A stretch of DNA of 64,000 nucleotides from a virus (taxonomy: Duplodnaviria > Caudoviricetes), in the IMG/VR virus record IMGVR_UViG_3300022746_000016, positions 102,548-166,547 of that record; one strand, 5' to 3'. Position 1 is the stretch's first letter. The number at the start of each line of letters is the position of its first letter. The notes under the pieces are model-generated. The model saw only the letters and a program-made list of their open reading frames with translations, made no database searches and was not told where the DNA came from. Both the position numbers and the translations under genes were made by a program. Shown piece after piece: positions 1-8,426 of the stretch.

Positions 1-546
1 ATCATAATCGTCAAGCATGAGAGAAGTAGGCTCAATGTCAATAGCAGCAGTGTGTTTAAGATGCTGCATATAGAACCAAGTAGAATAACGCCCAAACTTG
101 TGAAGGTTTGTCTTAAGTACTCCCCAAAGTACATCAAAGTTTTGCTTAGAGCTACCCACATAGAACGATTCGAGTTTTTCACGTTGTGATCCATTTCCAA
201 TAAATTTCTGATATGATTCGAACATCACAGGTAGATGTCCCTTGTTCCACTTAGTGTCTGTCTGATAACGGAGACGTTTGTAGTTCTTAGAATTCCAGTC
301 AGTGATACGTCCAAGGTCAGCGAGTTCGTAGTCAGGGAATTCATTCTTCAACACCCATGCAGTTGGGAGTTGATACGTGTTTCCATATAGCCATGCAAGC
401 CAGATGCGTTCTTCATCGTTATGCTCATAGCGATCATTGAGATAGTTTGTAGCCCATACAGCTGGGTCACAATCATTATACTGTAATGACCAAGCATACC
501 AACGGATGAACGCTTCACGTCGGTTTTCTTTTAAGCGATAATCCAT
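1..546 (-). CDS. aGPT-PPlase clade 2 / amino acid:DNA transferase (AADT)-like protein, runs off the window edge
   Basis: Not in the ORF track. Manual translation from the ATG at 546 (TAATG overlap with the GNAT stop): MDYRLKENRREAFIRWYAWSLQYNDCDPAVWATNYL...ERIWLAWLYGNTY...RLRYQTDTKWNKG...LHKFGRYSTWFYMQHL. The WLAWLYG and FGRxSxWFY motifs resemble the HhH-glycosylase-fold aGPT-PPlase2 family. Confidence 0.7.
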   Translation of the reverse strand, partial: MDYRLKENRREAFIRWYAWSLQYNDCDPAVWATNYLNDRYEHNDEERIWLAWLYGNTYQLPTAWVLKNEFPDYELADLGRITDWNSKNYKRLRYQTDTKWNKGHLPVMFESYQKFIGNGSQREKLESFYVGSSKQNFDVLWGVLKTNLHKFGRYSTWFYMQHLKHTAAIDIEPTSLMLDDYD

Positions 547-1187
547 TATTTCAAAAAGTCCTCAAGTGATGGTTGATCCATCAGTGCTTCTCTTAACCAA
601 GCCTTACCGACTGTATCAATAGCAGCTTGTGTCTTAGCTTTCTTCTTTTCGCCCCAAGTGTATGACTCTAAACCTTCAGCAAGGAATTGAGCACGAGCCT
701 TAGCTGGTGGTAATGCTTGAAGTGGGTTTACGATTGCGTTGTCTCTGTAGGCAATTTGTTCGGCACGTGTAGCGAATAGTGGCTGGTCTGAGCGGAGTGA
801 ACCAGTCGGGTCAACTGCCCAAAACACCAAACCATTCCGATTGTGCCAGCCGACACTTGAGGGAGTACAAGAGATTTTAAGTCGTTGGACTTTTCGTTCT
901 TCGACTGCGTACTTGATCCACGCGTCCCAGCACTTGGACGCATAGCCTTTACCTTCTTGCCCTTCGAGCGTGACGATTTCGTAGAGGTTGGCATATCCAT
1001 CCCGATTAAATGTAGCAAAGATTAGAGAGACAACTTCACCGTTGACTTCGTAAGCCATTGGCAGAGACTTATCGTAGTTATGGAAACGAGTCCACAATGA
1101 GTGTGCAGCCGATAAGAACTTGGTGTTCTTACCAGCTGGACTCGATCCGATAAGCTGTTGTACTTTGGTTGAGTTTACAAGAATCAT
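546..1187 (-). CDS. GNAT-family acetyltransferase
   Basis: Acetyl-CoA motif A (VTLEGQEGKGYAS); C-terminal SLEDFLK; translationally coupled to neighbours. Confidence 0.75.
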   Translation of the reverse strand: MILVNSTKVQQLIGSSPAGKNTKFLSAAHSLWTRFHNYDKSLPMAYEVNGEVVSLIFATFNRDGYANLYEIVTLEGQEGKGYASKCWDAWIKYAVEERKVQRLKISCTPSSVGWHNRNGLVFWAVDPTGSLRSDQPLFATRAEQIAYRDNAIVNPLQALPPAKARAQFLAEGLESYTWGEKKKAKTQAAIDTVGKAWLREALMDQPSLEDFLK

Positions 1188-1870
1188 AATTGGTAATCTA
1201 CTGCACCTTCGATGTCTACTTTCTCGAGAGTATGAGACAAGTCAGCGTCGATAGTATGGTAGATGTTCATAGACAATGGAACAGTTGTATAGTTTAGGTT
1301 GGCGCGTTTAGCAACGTTAGCCGTAGAAGTAATTATACATCCGTCATCCAAAACTGTCAAATATAATGGTCGCTTACCATTGCGGTATGTGCGCAGTGTT
1401 CTGTCTGTGTGTAATTCACAAACAGCAAGGCTTGCATCTTTCCAGTGCTCTAGTGGGCTGTAGTCAGCGAGTGAACGGAGTAATAGTTCGGTGTCGTTCT
1501 TACCATCGCATGCGTATCCGTGCAAGACTTCCCAATCAGCAGGATCGTGCTGAGTAATAACACCATTATGGACAATTGATGTTGATTCATTTGCTATCGG
1601 TTGGTTATACAATAAATCGCTAGTACTATATCTGCAGTGACCAATAAGGTAAAGAGTACCATCGTCATCAACCATCTCCTCTAAATCATCTAGTTTTCTG
1701 AATTCATCCGCTGGGACTGGTTCTTTAAAAGTATGGATTACCCCACCTTTGAGGTAGGATAATCCAGTCGCATGCAGTCCACGAATACGAGATTCGTGGA
1801 ATACATTTCTAATCATATCAAAGTGGGTTGCTGTGGGTTTTTGAATCACAGCACCGATAACAGCACACAT
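1184..1870 (-). CDS. Class II (Ntn) glutamine amidotransferase domain protein
   Basis: N-terminal nucleophile M-C-A-V-I-G, then RGLHATG, GHCRYSTS, HNGVI and NDTE motifs; stand-alone, with no fused synthase domain. Confidence 0.85.
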   Translation of the reverse strand: MCAVIGAVIQKPTATHFDMIRNVFHESRIRGLHATGLSYLKGGVIHTFKEPVPADEFRKLDDLEEMVDDDGTLYLIGHCRYSTSDLLYNQPIANESTSIVHNGVITQHDPADWEVLHGYACDGKNDTELLLRSLADYSPLEHWKDASLAVCELHTDRTLRTYRNGKRPLYLTVLDDGCIITSTANVAKRANLNYTTVPLSMNIYHTIDADLSHTLEKVDIEGAVDYQL

Positions 1871-3240
1871 TAAAAGAAACTTTCTAAGTCGTTGGACTTG
1901 ATAGACTGTGGATGATACTTGTGCAATTCTTCAGTACCAAGTTTACGTTCTAGGTAATCATACCACTCTTTGTCTTCCCACATACCTTGACTCACACCAT
2001 TCCACAAGTGACGAGCAGAGCCATCTTCATTCTTATGACCTGGATGTTCTTTATCAAGACGACGAGATTCAACATATTCATAACGACAATCTTCGTATGC
2101 CTTAGAACCTAACTCAAGCATCTTCTCACGGAAATAGCATACCAAAGAAATACGCTCGGCAGATTCGTCTTCAAGAACAATCGGAGTATTTCCATGCATA
2201 ACTTCGTGGTTGTTGATCAAGAGTAAGTCACCTGGACGCACGTTCACAGCAACACGATACTCAGGAGCGATCAAATATCCACCAGAGTATTTACCATTGT
2301 TGGAAAGAACCAACAGGTTAGATAAACCAGTCTGCAAGTCACCAGCATCGTAGTGAGCAGCAGTTCTGAATGTCTTGTTCACAGTGATTGTAGTGAATGG
2401 AGTCCCTGGAACTAAGAAGCCTTGATCAATTTTCTTGGCAGCTTCCATCTGGTTGTTGTAACGCCATGGGAGCAAGTCCTTGAAACCTTTAGCAAGAGTC
2501 TGTAGGAATGGGAATGCCATCGCAAACTTTTCTGGTTCACGTTGAGTGTAAGATGTTGCACGACCATAAGGGATTCGTGGATAACGATCGAACCAACCAG
2601 CGATACCAGAGAACACACCATTGGCGTAAGTAGTGGAACACACATACTTCTTAACGATTCGATCTGCTTCTGCTTTCATCTCATCATTTGAGAGTTTCTT
2701 AGTTGCATCAACCCAAGTTTCGAAGTCGAAGCCATCTTTCTTAACTGCTTGGATACCCCAAACGTTGTTACGTGTAGATGGTTGTTCTTTCTTACCTTTG
2801 TGCGATGCACGGATCTCTTCAATTGGATCTTCACCAAACAAGTTGGCAGATGGATTAGAGAAATAGTCGATGACATCGTACTCGTACTCAGTAACCCACT
2901 CACGATTACCTAGCTTCTCGCCACGTGGACCAGCAGCCATACCACGGTTCTGTGTCTCTACTGCAGCTTCACGCAGACCAGCATAAGCTGCGTCTTGTTG
3001 TTCTTTACTGAAGTAGTTCTTACGGAACTTAAATGCGATGCGCAGTTCGTCAGTACCCTTGTCACAAGATGAGCAGTCTCTTCCAGTACCACACTCAGCT
3101 TGAGTTGCAATGTCACAGTTAGCTGGCATATAAACGTCAGCGTCTTCATCAACCAAAATGTCGTAATGTGATTCATCTAGGAATTGACCCTCAAGATGAG
3201 CGCAGTCATATTTTCTTTCTGCTACAATTACTTTAACCAT
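1870..3240 (-). CDS. TET/JBP-like 2OG-Fe(II) dioxygenase (nucleic-acid base oxidase)
   Basis: FTTITVNKTFRTAAHYDAGD (HxD), VMHGNTPI (distal His), RISLVCYFRE (2OG-binding Arg). Start set at MVKV (3240) behind a GGAG RBS. Confidence 0.8.
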   Translation of the reverse strand: MVKVIVAERKYDCAHLEGQFLDESHYDILVDEDADVYMPANCDIATQAECGTGRDCSSCDKGTDELRIAFKFRKNYFSKEQQDAAYAGLREAAVETQNRGMAAGPRGEKLGNREWVTEYEYDVIDYFSNPSANLFGEDPIEEIRASHKGKKEQPSTRNNVWGIQAVKKDGFDFETWVDATKKLSNDEMKAEADRIVKKYVCSTTYANGVFSGIAGWFDRYPRIPYGRATSYTQREPEKFAMAFPFLQTLAKGFKDLLPWRYNNQMEAAKKIDQGFLVPGTPFTTITVNKTFRTAAHYDAGDLQTGLSNLLVLSNNGKYSGGYLIAPEYRVAVNVRPGDLLLINNHEVMHGNTPIVLEDESAERISLVCYFREKMLELGSKAYEDCRYEYVESRRLDKEHPGHKNEDGSARHLWNGVSQGMWEDKEWYDYLERKLGTEELHKYHPQSIKSNDLESFF

Positions 3241-3251
3241 TTCTCTTCTCC

Positions 3252-4646
3252 TTAAAATTTCCAACCGTCAAAACTCTCAGCCTTAGCACGTTGACCAAAA
3301 TCACTCTTATCAAACATCGGAACATCATCCTTCTTATGACCAGCGTCCATCAAACCTTCTTGTGCGGATGCTTCCACATCGTAAAGTTTCATCTTAGCTC
3401 GATCAACTCCGATAACAAATCGTTTGTAAAAACCTGGATCGTTGTAACGATTCTTGAGTTGTTTAACGATAATCTGATTCAACTGCTCTAATTCTTCATT
3501 ACTTACCAACGCAAACATAAAGTCAGCAGTGGCAGGTAGACCGAAAGATTCTGAGGTATCTTCCAGCCCTGGATCGCTGTTTGTATAACCTGAACGAGTA
3601 GTCTGAGTAGCCGATACGATCGGTACGTTATACTCAACTGCAAGACCACGTAACTCTTCAGCAATTGCCTTAATATATGTATAAGAGTTAACTGAGCCAC
3701 CTTGCTTCATTCGTTGAGAAGCACAGATGTTCAAATAGTCAATCATAATGATATCGGGTTTAAACTCACGCTTCAACTTTAACTCTTCCAACAAGGCTCT
3801 GAAGTGTCCAGCATGGGCACCAGCAGTCGGGTATTCTTTGATGATCAACTTACCTTGAGTCTTCTTGGCCAACTTAGCCAGTCGTGATTCGTAGATATCC
3901 TTGTCAATCACTTTCAATTCGTCCATGGTCAGGTTAAGAAGGTTCGCGTCAATACGTTCGGCGATACGTTCTTCAGCCATCTCCATTGTTATGTATAAAA
4001 CATTTTTACCAGCACTTAGAGCACCAGCAGCAACGTGACACATAAACAGAGACTTACCAACACCAGTACCAGCTAGGACGATATTGAGAGTTTTCTTGGA
4101 CAGACCACCCTTGGTAATCTTGTTGAACATCTCAAGGTCGAAAGCAACCTTCTCTTCAACACGATGATAAAACTCATAGCGAGAGTCAGCGTCATCAAGA
4201 TAATCGTGACCAACATGATTATCAAATGAAACGGCAAGAGCATCAGAGAGAATAGATGGGATTGAATCAGTAGTGAACGTCTTGTCCCGACCTTCTTGGA
4301 TTCGGATGGAGGTAAGGATTGCATTATACACCGCCTTGTCTTTACAAAACTTCTCTGTGTTGGTAAGCAACCAGTCTTCATTGATTGGTGCATCAACAAG
4401 CGTATCAATAAACGAACTGACTTCAACAAGTTCTTTTTCGTTGATGTCAGTTCGGTTACTTACCTCGATTGCCAGAATCTCTTTTGTTACTGGCTTGTTA
4501 TACTTCGTGAAGAATTCTGAAATCTCGTTGATAATGATCGACTCTTTTCTGTCGATAAAATACTCACGCTTCAAAAACGGAATTACTTTTCGGCAGTAGT
4601 TCTCATCATAAATCAGTCTGCTCAGAATCTGTTGTTCTAATCTCAT
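3252..4646 (-). CDS. gp41: Replicative DNA helicase (T4 gp41-like)
   Basis: Walker A LAGTGVGKS, ITMEMAEE, DYLNIC, SATQTTRSG, KQLKNRY. Confidence 0.97.
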   Translation of the reverse strand: MRLEQQILSRLIYDENYCRKVIPFLKREYFIDRKESIIINEISEFFTKYNKPVTKEILAIEVSNRTDINEKELVEVSSFIDTLVDAPINEDWLLTNTEKFCKDKAVYNAILTSIRIQEGRDKTFTTDSIPSILSDALAVSFDNHVGHDYLDDADSRYEFYHRVEEKVAFDLEMFNKITKGGLSKKTLNIVLAGTGVGKSLFMCHVAAGALSAGKNVLYITMEMAEERIAERIDANLLNLTMDELKVIDKDIYESRLAKLAKKTQGKLIIKEYPTAGAHAGHFRALLEELKLKREFKPDIIMIDYLNICASQRMKQGGSVNSYTYIKAIAEELRGLAVEYNVPIVSATQTTRSGYTNSDPGLEDTSESFGLPATADFMFALVSNEELEQLNQIIVKQLKNRYNDPGFYKRFVIGVDRAKMKLYDVEASAQEGLMDAGHKKDDVPMFDKSDFGQRAKAESFDGWKF

Positions 4647-4938
4647 CAACCCCGCCTGTGTAGGAAATACTATTCTTTTGTAACTGGTCCATAATTATAA
4701 ATTGGAGCAAGTCACCGAGATAGTGCTCTAGTTCTTCTTTGATATAAGTGACACCTGCATCTTCATGCACCTCATAATCGAAATGCATTTTGCAGGTGTC
4801 ACCGTCTTCATCAAAGCTAACCGCACCGTAAGAGAAGATTATACCTGAGTATTCACCTTCTGTCAACTTGATTCGGTCTTGTTCGCCACTGCGACTCTCC
4901 AAGACTACGAATGGTGGTTTAGCTAGATGGTCACTCAT
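4606..4938 (-). CDS. gp40: gp40-like head vertex assembly chaperone
   Basis: Small acidic protein in the conserved uvsX-40-41 position. Confidence 0.6.
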   Translation of the reverse strand: MSDHLAKPPFVVLESRSGEQDRIKLTEGEYSGIIFSYGAVSFDEDGDTCKMHFDYEVHEDAGVTYIKEELEHYLGDLLQFIIMDQLQKNSISYTGGVDEIRTTDSEQTDL

Positions 4939-6001
4939 CGAATTCCAATTCCTCTAAGGCTTTGTCTAGATCGTCAGATTGAATCATATCAGATTGACCC
5001 ATAGAGTATTTGTTCTTGATGTAATCATAGAACGACTTCTGAGTCAACAGAGGCATCCAGAACTCTTTGGTATCTGTATCCTTGAGACGATACTTCTTGT
5101 CTTCAACAACACCAGTCTCTTGGTTTACTTGCGAATACCAACCATTGCTAGGCTTGATAACGTGTCCTGATTCGAGTGCAACATCAAGCAGACCAGACCA
5201 CTTGCTAATACCGCCATCGAAAGATACACTGACAGGGATTTTAGATTTTTCTTTAACATAACGACTTTTCTCTACGTTGATAATGAAGTTGTAACCGATA
5301 ACTTCAGTACCTTCTTTTTCTTGCTGACGACCAAGAATGAAGATGTTGTCGGCAGAGTAGTAAGAACCAGTACCACCACCAACGATATCCTTTGGATATA
5401 AACCAATTTCTTTGTAGGTGTGGTTCACTACAACCATCGGGATGTCTTTGATAGACAAGTGAGGTGTGACCATGCGGAATAAAGACTTCATCTGTTTAGC
5501 ACGAGACATATCGGCAACAGACTTGCCATCCAAAGCATCTTCAACTTCTTTCTTAGAAGCCAAGTTACCGATTGAGTCAATAACAATCATCAGACGATCT
5601 CCACGATCTACGTTCTGAAGCTGTTGCATGATGTCGAACTTCAATTGTTCTACGTCAGTAATAGGTGTATGGAGAACACGGTTAGTATCAATACCAAAGG
5701 AATCAAAGTAAGACTGTGGAGTACCGAATTCAGAGTCATAGAACAACAGAGCAGCGTCTGGATATTTGTCAAGGTAAGACTTGGCCATCAGCAAACTGAA
5801 TGCGGTCTTAAAGTGTTTAGATGGACCAGCCCACATTGTAAGCCCTGGAGTTAGACCACCATCAAGACGACCAGATAAGGCAACGTTGATGATTGGAATA
5901 GAAGTAGGAATCATATCCTTCTTAGTGAAGAACTTAGATACGTTAAGGACTGCAGAGTCCTTAATCGTAGTGTTCTTCTTGATTTTATCAAGAATGCTCA
6001 T
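4931..6001 (-). CDS. uvsX: RecA-like recombinase UvsX
   Basis: AGPSKHFKT, FYDSEFG, IDSIGNLAS, GGGTG. Confidence 0.97.
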   Translation of the reverse strand: MSILDKIKKNTTIKDSAVLNVSKFFTKKDMIPTSIPIINVALSGRLDGGLTPGLTMWAGPSKHFKTAFSLLMAKSYLDKYPDAALLFYDSEFGTPQSYFDSFGIDTNRVLHTPITDVEQLKFDIMQQLQNVDRGDRLMIVIDSIGNLASKKEVEDALDGKSVADMSRAKQMKSLFRMVTPHLSIKDIPMVVVNHTYKEIGLYPKDIVGGGTGSYYSADNIFILGRQQEKEGTEVIGYNFIINVEKSRYVKEKSKIPVSVSFDGGISKWSGLLDVALESGHVIKPSNGWYSQVNQETGVVEDKKYRLKDTDTKEFWMPLLTQKSFYDYIKNKYSMGQSDMIQSDDLDKALEELEFDE

Positions 6002-6009
6002 TATTATCC

Positions 6010-6393
6010 TTACAGAGATTTATACAAGGCAGATTGTGCCACGAATTGTTGCTTCCAACCCCACTCGTCGAGAACCAACTGATTAAAGATGTGTTCTTCG
6101 ACTTCGATGATTTCTTCAACCGATAACTCAAGCATACGAATCGCTCGGCTGTAGTTGTCAGCGTAATTCTGTGGGCTTTGTGGAAGATTTTTAATCTTAC
6201 GAATCTGTTCTAATTCGCCAGTGTTGGCCAACTTCAGATTCGTTTTAGCAAGTTTCACAACTGCGAGTTTGTAATCTGCTACAGCTTCATCATAATCAGC
6301 CACATGCTTGGTGGCATTTTCTTTCACGATCTTGAGCAACTCAAGACGATTCATCTTTACACTATTCATAACATTCCTTAATGGGTCACGCAT
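6010..6393 (-). CDS. Hypothetical protein
   Basis: 127-aa ORF packed in the operon with normal codon usage. Confidence 0.7.
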   Translation of the reverse strand: MRDPLRNVMNSVKMNRLELLKIVKENATKHVADYDEAVADYKLAVVKLAKTNLKLANTGELEQIRKIKNLPQSPQNYADNYSRAIRMLELSVEEIIEVEEHIFNQLVLDEWGWKQQFVAQSALYKSL

Positions 6394-6642
6394 TTATTTC
6401 AACCATTCCAATAGTTGGGCTTCATTCATCAAACCTACATGGCGTTTGATTTCATTCTCTTGGTCATCAACTAAAATCATAGTTGGTACAGAACGAACTT
6501 TGAACTCTTGAGAAAGCATAATGTTCTCGTCAATGTTCACGTCTTCGATAGGAATTGTAATCTTATCGGCTGCGCCTTTAACAACCATACTGAGTCCTTT
6601 ACATGGACCACACCATTCGGCATAAAATTTAAAAACTTTCAT
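6394..6642 (-). CDS. Thioredoxin
   Basis: WCGPC active site and cis-Pro motif SVPT. Confidence 0.93.
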   Translation of the reverse strand: MKVFKFYAEWCGPCKGLSMVVKGAADKITIPIEDVNIDENIMLSQEFKVRSVPTMILVDDQENEIKRHVGLMNEAQLLEWLK

Positions 6643-6662
6643 AACTTATCTCCTAAAAATAT

Positions 6663-6691
6663 ATTATACACTATCACCGTATGCAAGGCAA
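6663..6691 (-). promoter_or_regulatory. Sigma70-like promoter for the thioredoxin-uvsX-41-modification operon
   Basis: TTGCCT-17 bp-TATAAT on the minus strand. Confidence 0.7.
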
Positions 6692-7270
6692 TTATAATTC
6701 GTAACCAAACTGTTCAAAATCTTTCTTGTAGTAAAGACGAACCATATCTCTAGTCTCATCATCCCATTCAACCTTTTGTTTCGGATGGGAGTTGACTGTT
6801 TGTAACTTAACACCAAGACGACTTTCCAGAGGCTCCAAGTTTTCATACTTGAATATCTCAATCGGATAATCGCAGTCAATGAACATACTCTGAGTTCGGC
6901 TGATGCTGTCTGTAGAATTCTTAGTTCGATTAAACAGCACGTACTTTAACCATGGCTTGAAATCAAAATTCATATATGCCACGTAGTCTTGGTAGTCAGC
7001 TTTCTTCTGTTGTAAAGAATATGTATCATAGTAATCTTTGTACATAATCCTAGAGTAAGAAAAGATAGACTCGACTCTGTCGTATGGGTTTCTTGCAATA
7101 CAAAAAGAGAAGTCGGGTTTATACTTATGATACTCGCAACGATTAACCAAAGTAGATAAGAAATGGTGATTGTTCATCCACTTCTGATAGTTGATGTCTG
7201 GACTATCAATCATAGCATGGCGGACAGCAGAGCCAGCATTCTTAGGTATATGTAAAAATAGAACGTTCAT
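6692..7270 (-). CDS. Sulfotransferase (Sulfotransfer_2 / carbohydrate sulfotransferase-like)
   Basis: 5'-PSB motif FLHIPKNAGSA, 3'-PB motif RNPYDRVES, and C-terminal YKKDFEQFGY. Confidence 0.85.
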   Translation of the reverse strand: MNVLFLHIPKNAGSAVRHAMIDSPDINYQKWMNNHHFLSTLVNRCEYHKYKPDFSFCIARNPYDRVESIFSYSRIMYKDYYDTYSLQQKKADYQDYVAYMNFDFKPWLKYVLFNRTKNSTDSISRTQSMFIDCDYPIEIFKYENLEPLESRLGVKLQTVNSHPKQKVEWDDETRDMVRLYYKKDFEQFGYEL

Positions 7271-7806
7271 TTCTTATGTGGTACGTCAAATACAAAGGTT
7301 ACACGAACACAGTCGCCTATGTTCTTAGTCCCATGGGGTAGTTTATTGTTGAACCATAGCAGGGTTCCAGGTTCTACCGTAACAGATTCATCTCCCACTG
7401 TGTATATGTATCTGCCTTGGATGGACAGATGATAGCGGTCTCTAGTTTGGTAGTAACTTCCAATATCAATGTGCGTTCCAACTTCTCCACCAACTGGCAG
7501 AGATAGGAAACCACATCGACTGACTTTCTTAAAGTGTCGCTTAACGAAGCCAATGACTTCTGTGTGGTGTTGAATAGCTGGAGTTGGAATACAATACTCT
7601 GTGTCTCCAACGTACTGGTCTATATGTTCAACACCACCCATCACAAGCTGCAATACACCAGCTTGAACTTCGGGGAATCCATATGAGAGCATGGACTTAA
7701 CTCCATCTACTCTTTTCTGAACTCCCCAGTCCTCTGGGTATTTTTCTAACTGTGCCAAAATCTTTGACACATTTAAACCAGTCTTAATGATTCTAATGTT
7801 CTTCAT
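7267..7806 (-). CDS. Aspartyl/asparaginyl beta-hydroxylase-like 2OG-Fe(II) oxygenase
   Basis: HID...RYHLSI...LWFNNKLPH...RVTFVFD pattern. Confidence 0.8.
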   Translation of the reverse strand: MKNIRIIKTGLNVSKILAQLEKYPEDWGVQKRVDGVKSMLSYGFPEVQAGVLQLVMGGVEHIDQYVGDTEYCIPTPAIQHHTEVIGFVKRHFKKVSRCGFLSLPVGGEVGTHIDIGSYYQTRDRYHLSIQGRYIYTVGDESVTVEPGTLLWFNNKLPHGTKNIGDCVRVTFVFDVPHKK

Positions 7807-7841
7807 AGTAATCCAAAAAGGTTAAATTCCTATATACTTAT

Positions 7842-8426
7842 ATGAAACCATTTACCTACCTTATTAAGTGTATCCCAACTAACCAAGTTTACTATGGTGT
7901 TCGGTACTCATCAAACTGCCACCCAGACCAACTCTGGAACTCATACTTCACATCATCTAAAAGAGTTCATACTCTAATCGAAAAATATGGAGTAGAAAAC
8001 TTCCAAACTCAGATAAGAAGGACATTCTTAACTGCAGAAGAAGCGGTTAGATGGGAGACTAAAGTCTTATCTAAACTTAATGCTGCTAAGTCAGAGGTCT
8101 GGCTAAACTGTCAAAATGGAGACTACAAGTTCAAAAACAAAGGTGGATATAAACTACCAGAGTCTAAGAAAACTAATTTTAGAAAACCTAAAAGCGAGTC
8201 CCATAAACAGTCTATGAAAGATCGTTACAAAGTAAAACATAAACATTATAACGACGGTAAAAAGTCTTATTATCTTCCAGAAGATTCCCCTCTAATAACA
8301 GAGTTAAACCTAAAAGAAGGACAAGTTATAACAAAATGTCCACATTGCAGTAAAGAAGGTAAACTAAACGCAATGCTTAGATGGCACTTCAATAACTGCA
8401 AGACATCACCCGAAAAAACCCTCTAA
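7842..8426 (+). mobile_element. Free-standing Seg-like GIY-YIG homing endonuclease (antisense, overlaps the gp43 3' end)
   Basis: PFTYLI...YYGVRY...YFTSS...EEAVRWE...WLN; C-terminal CPHC...RWHFNNC; opposite strand to neighbours. Confidence 0.8.
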
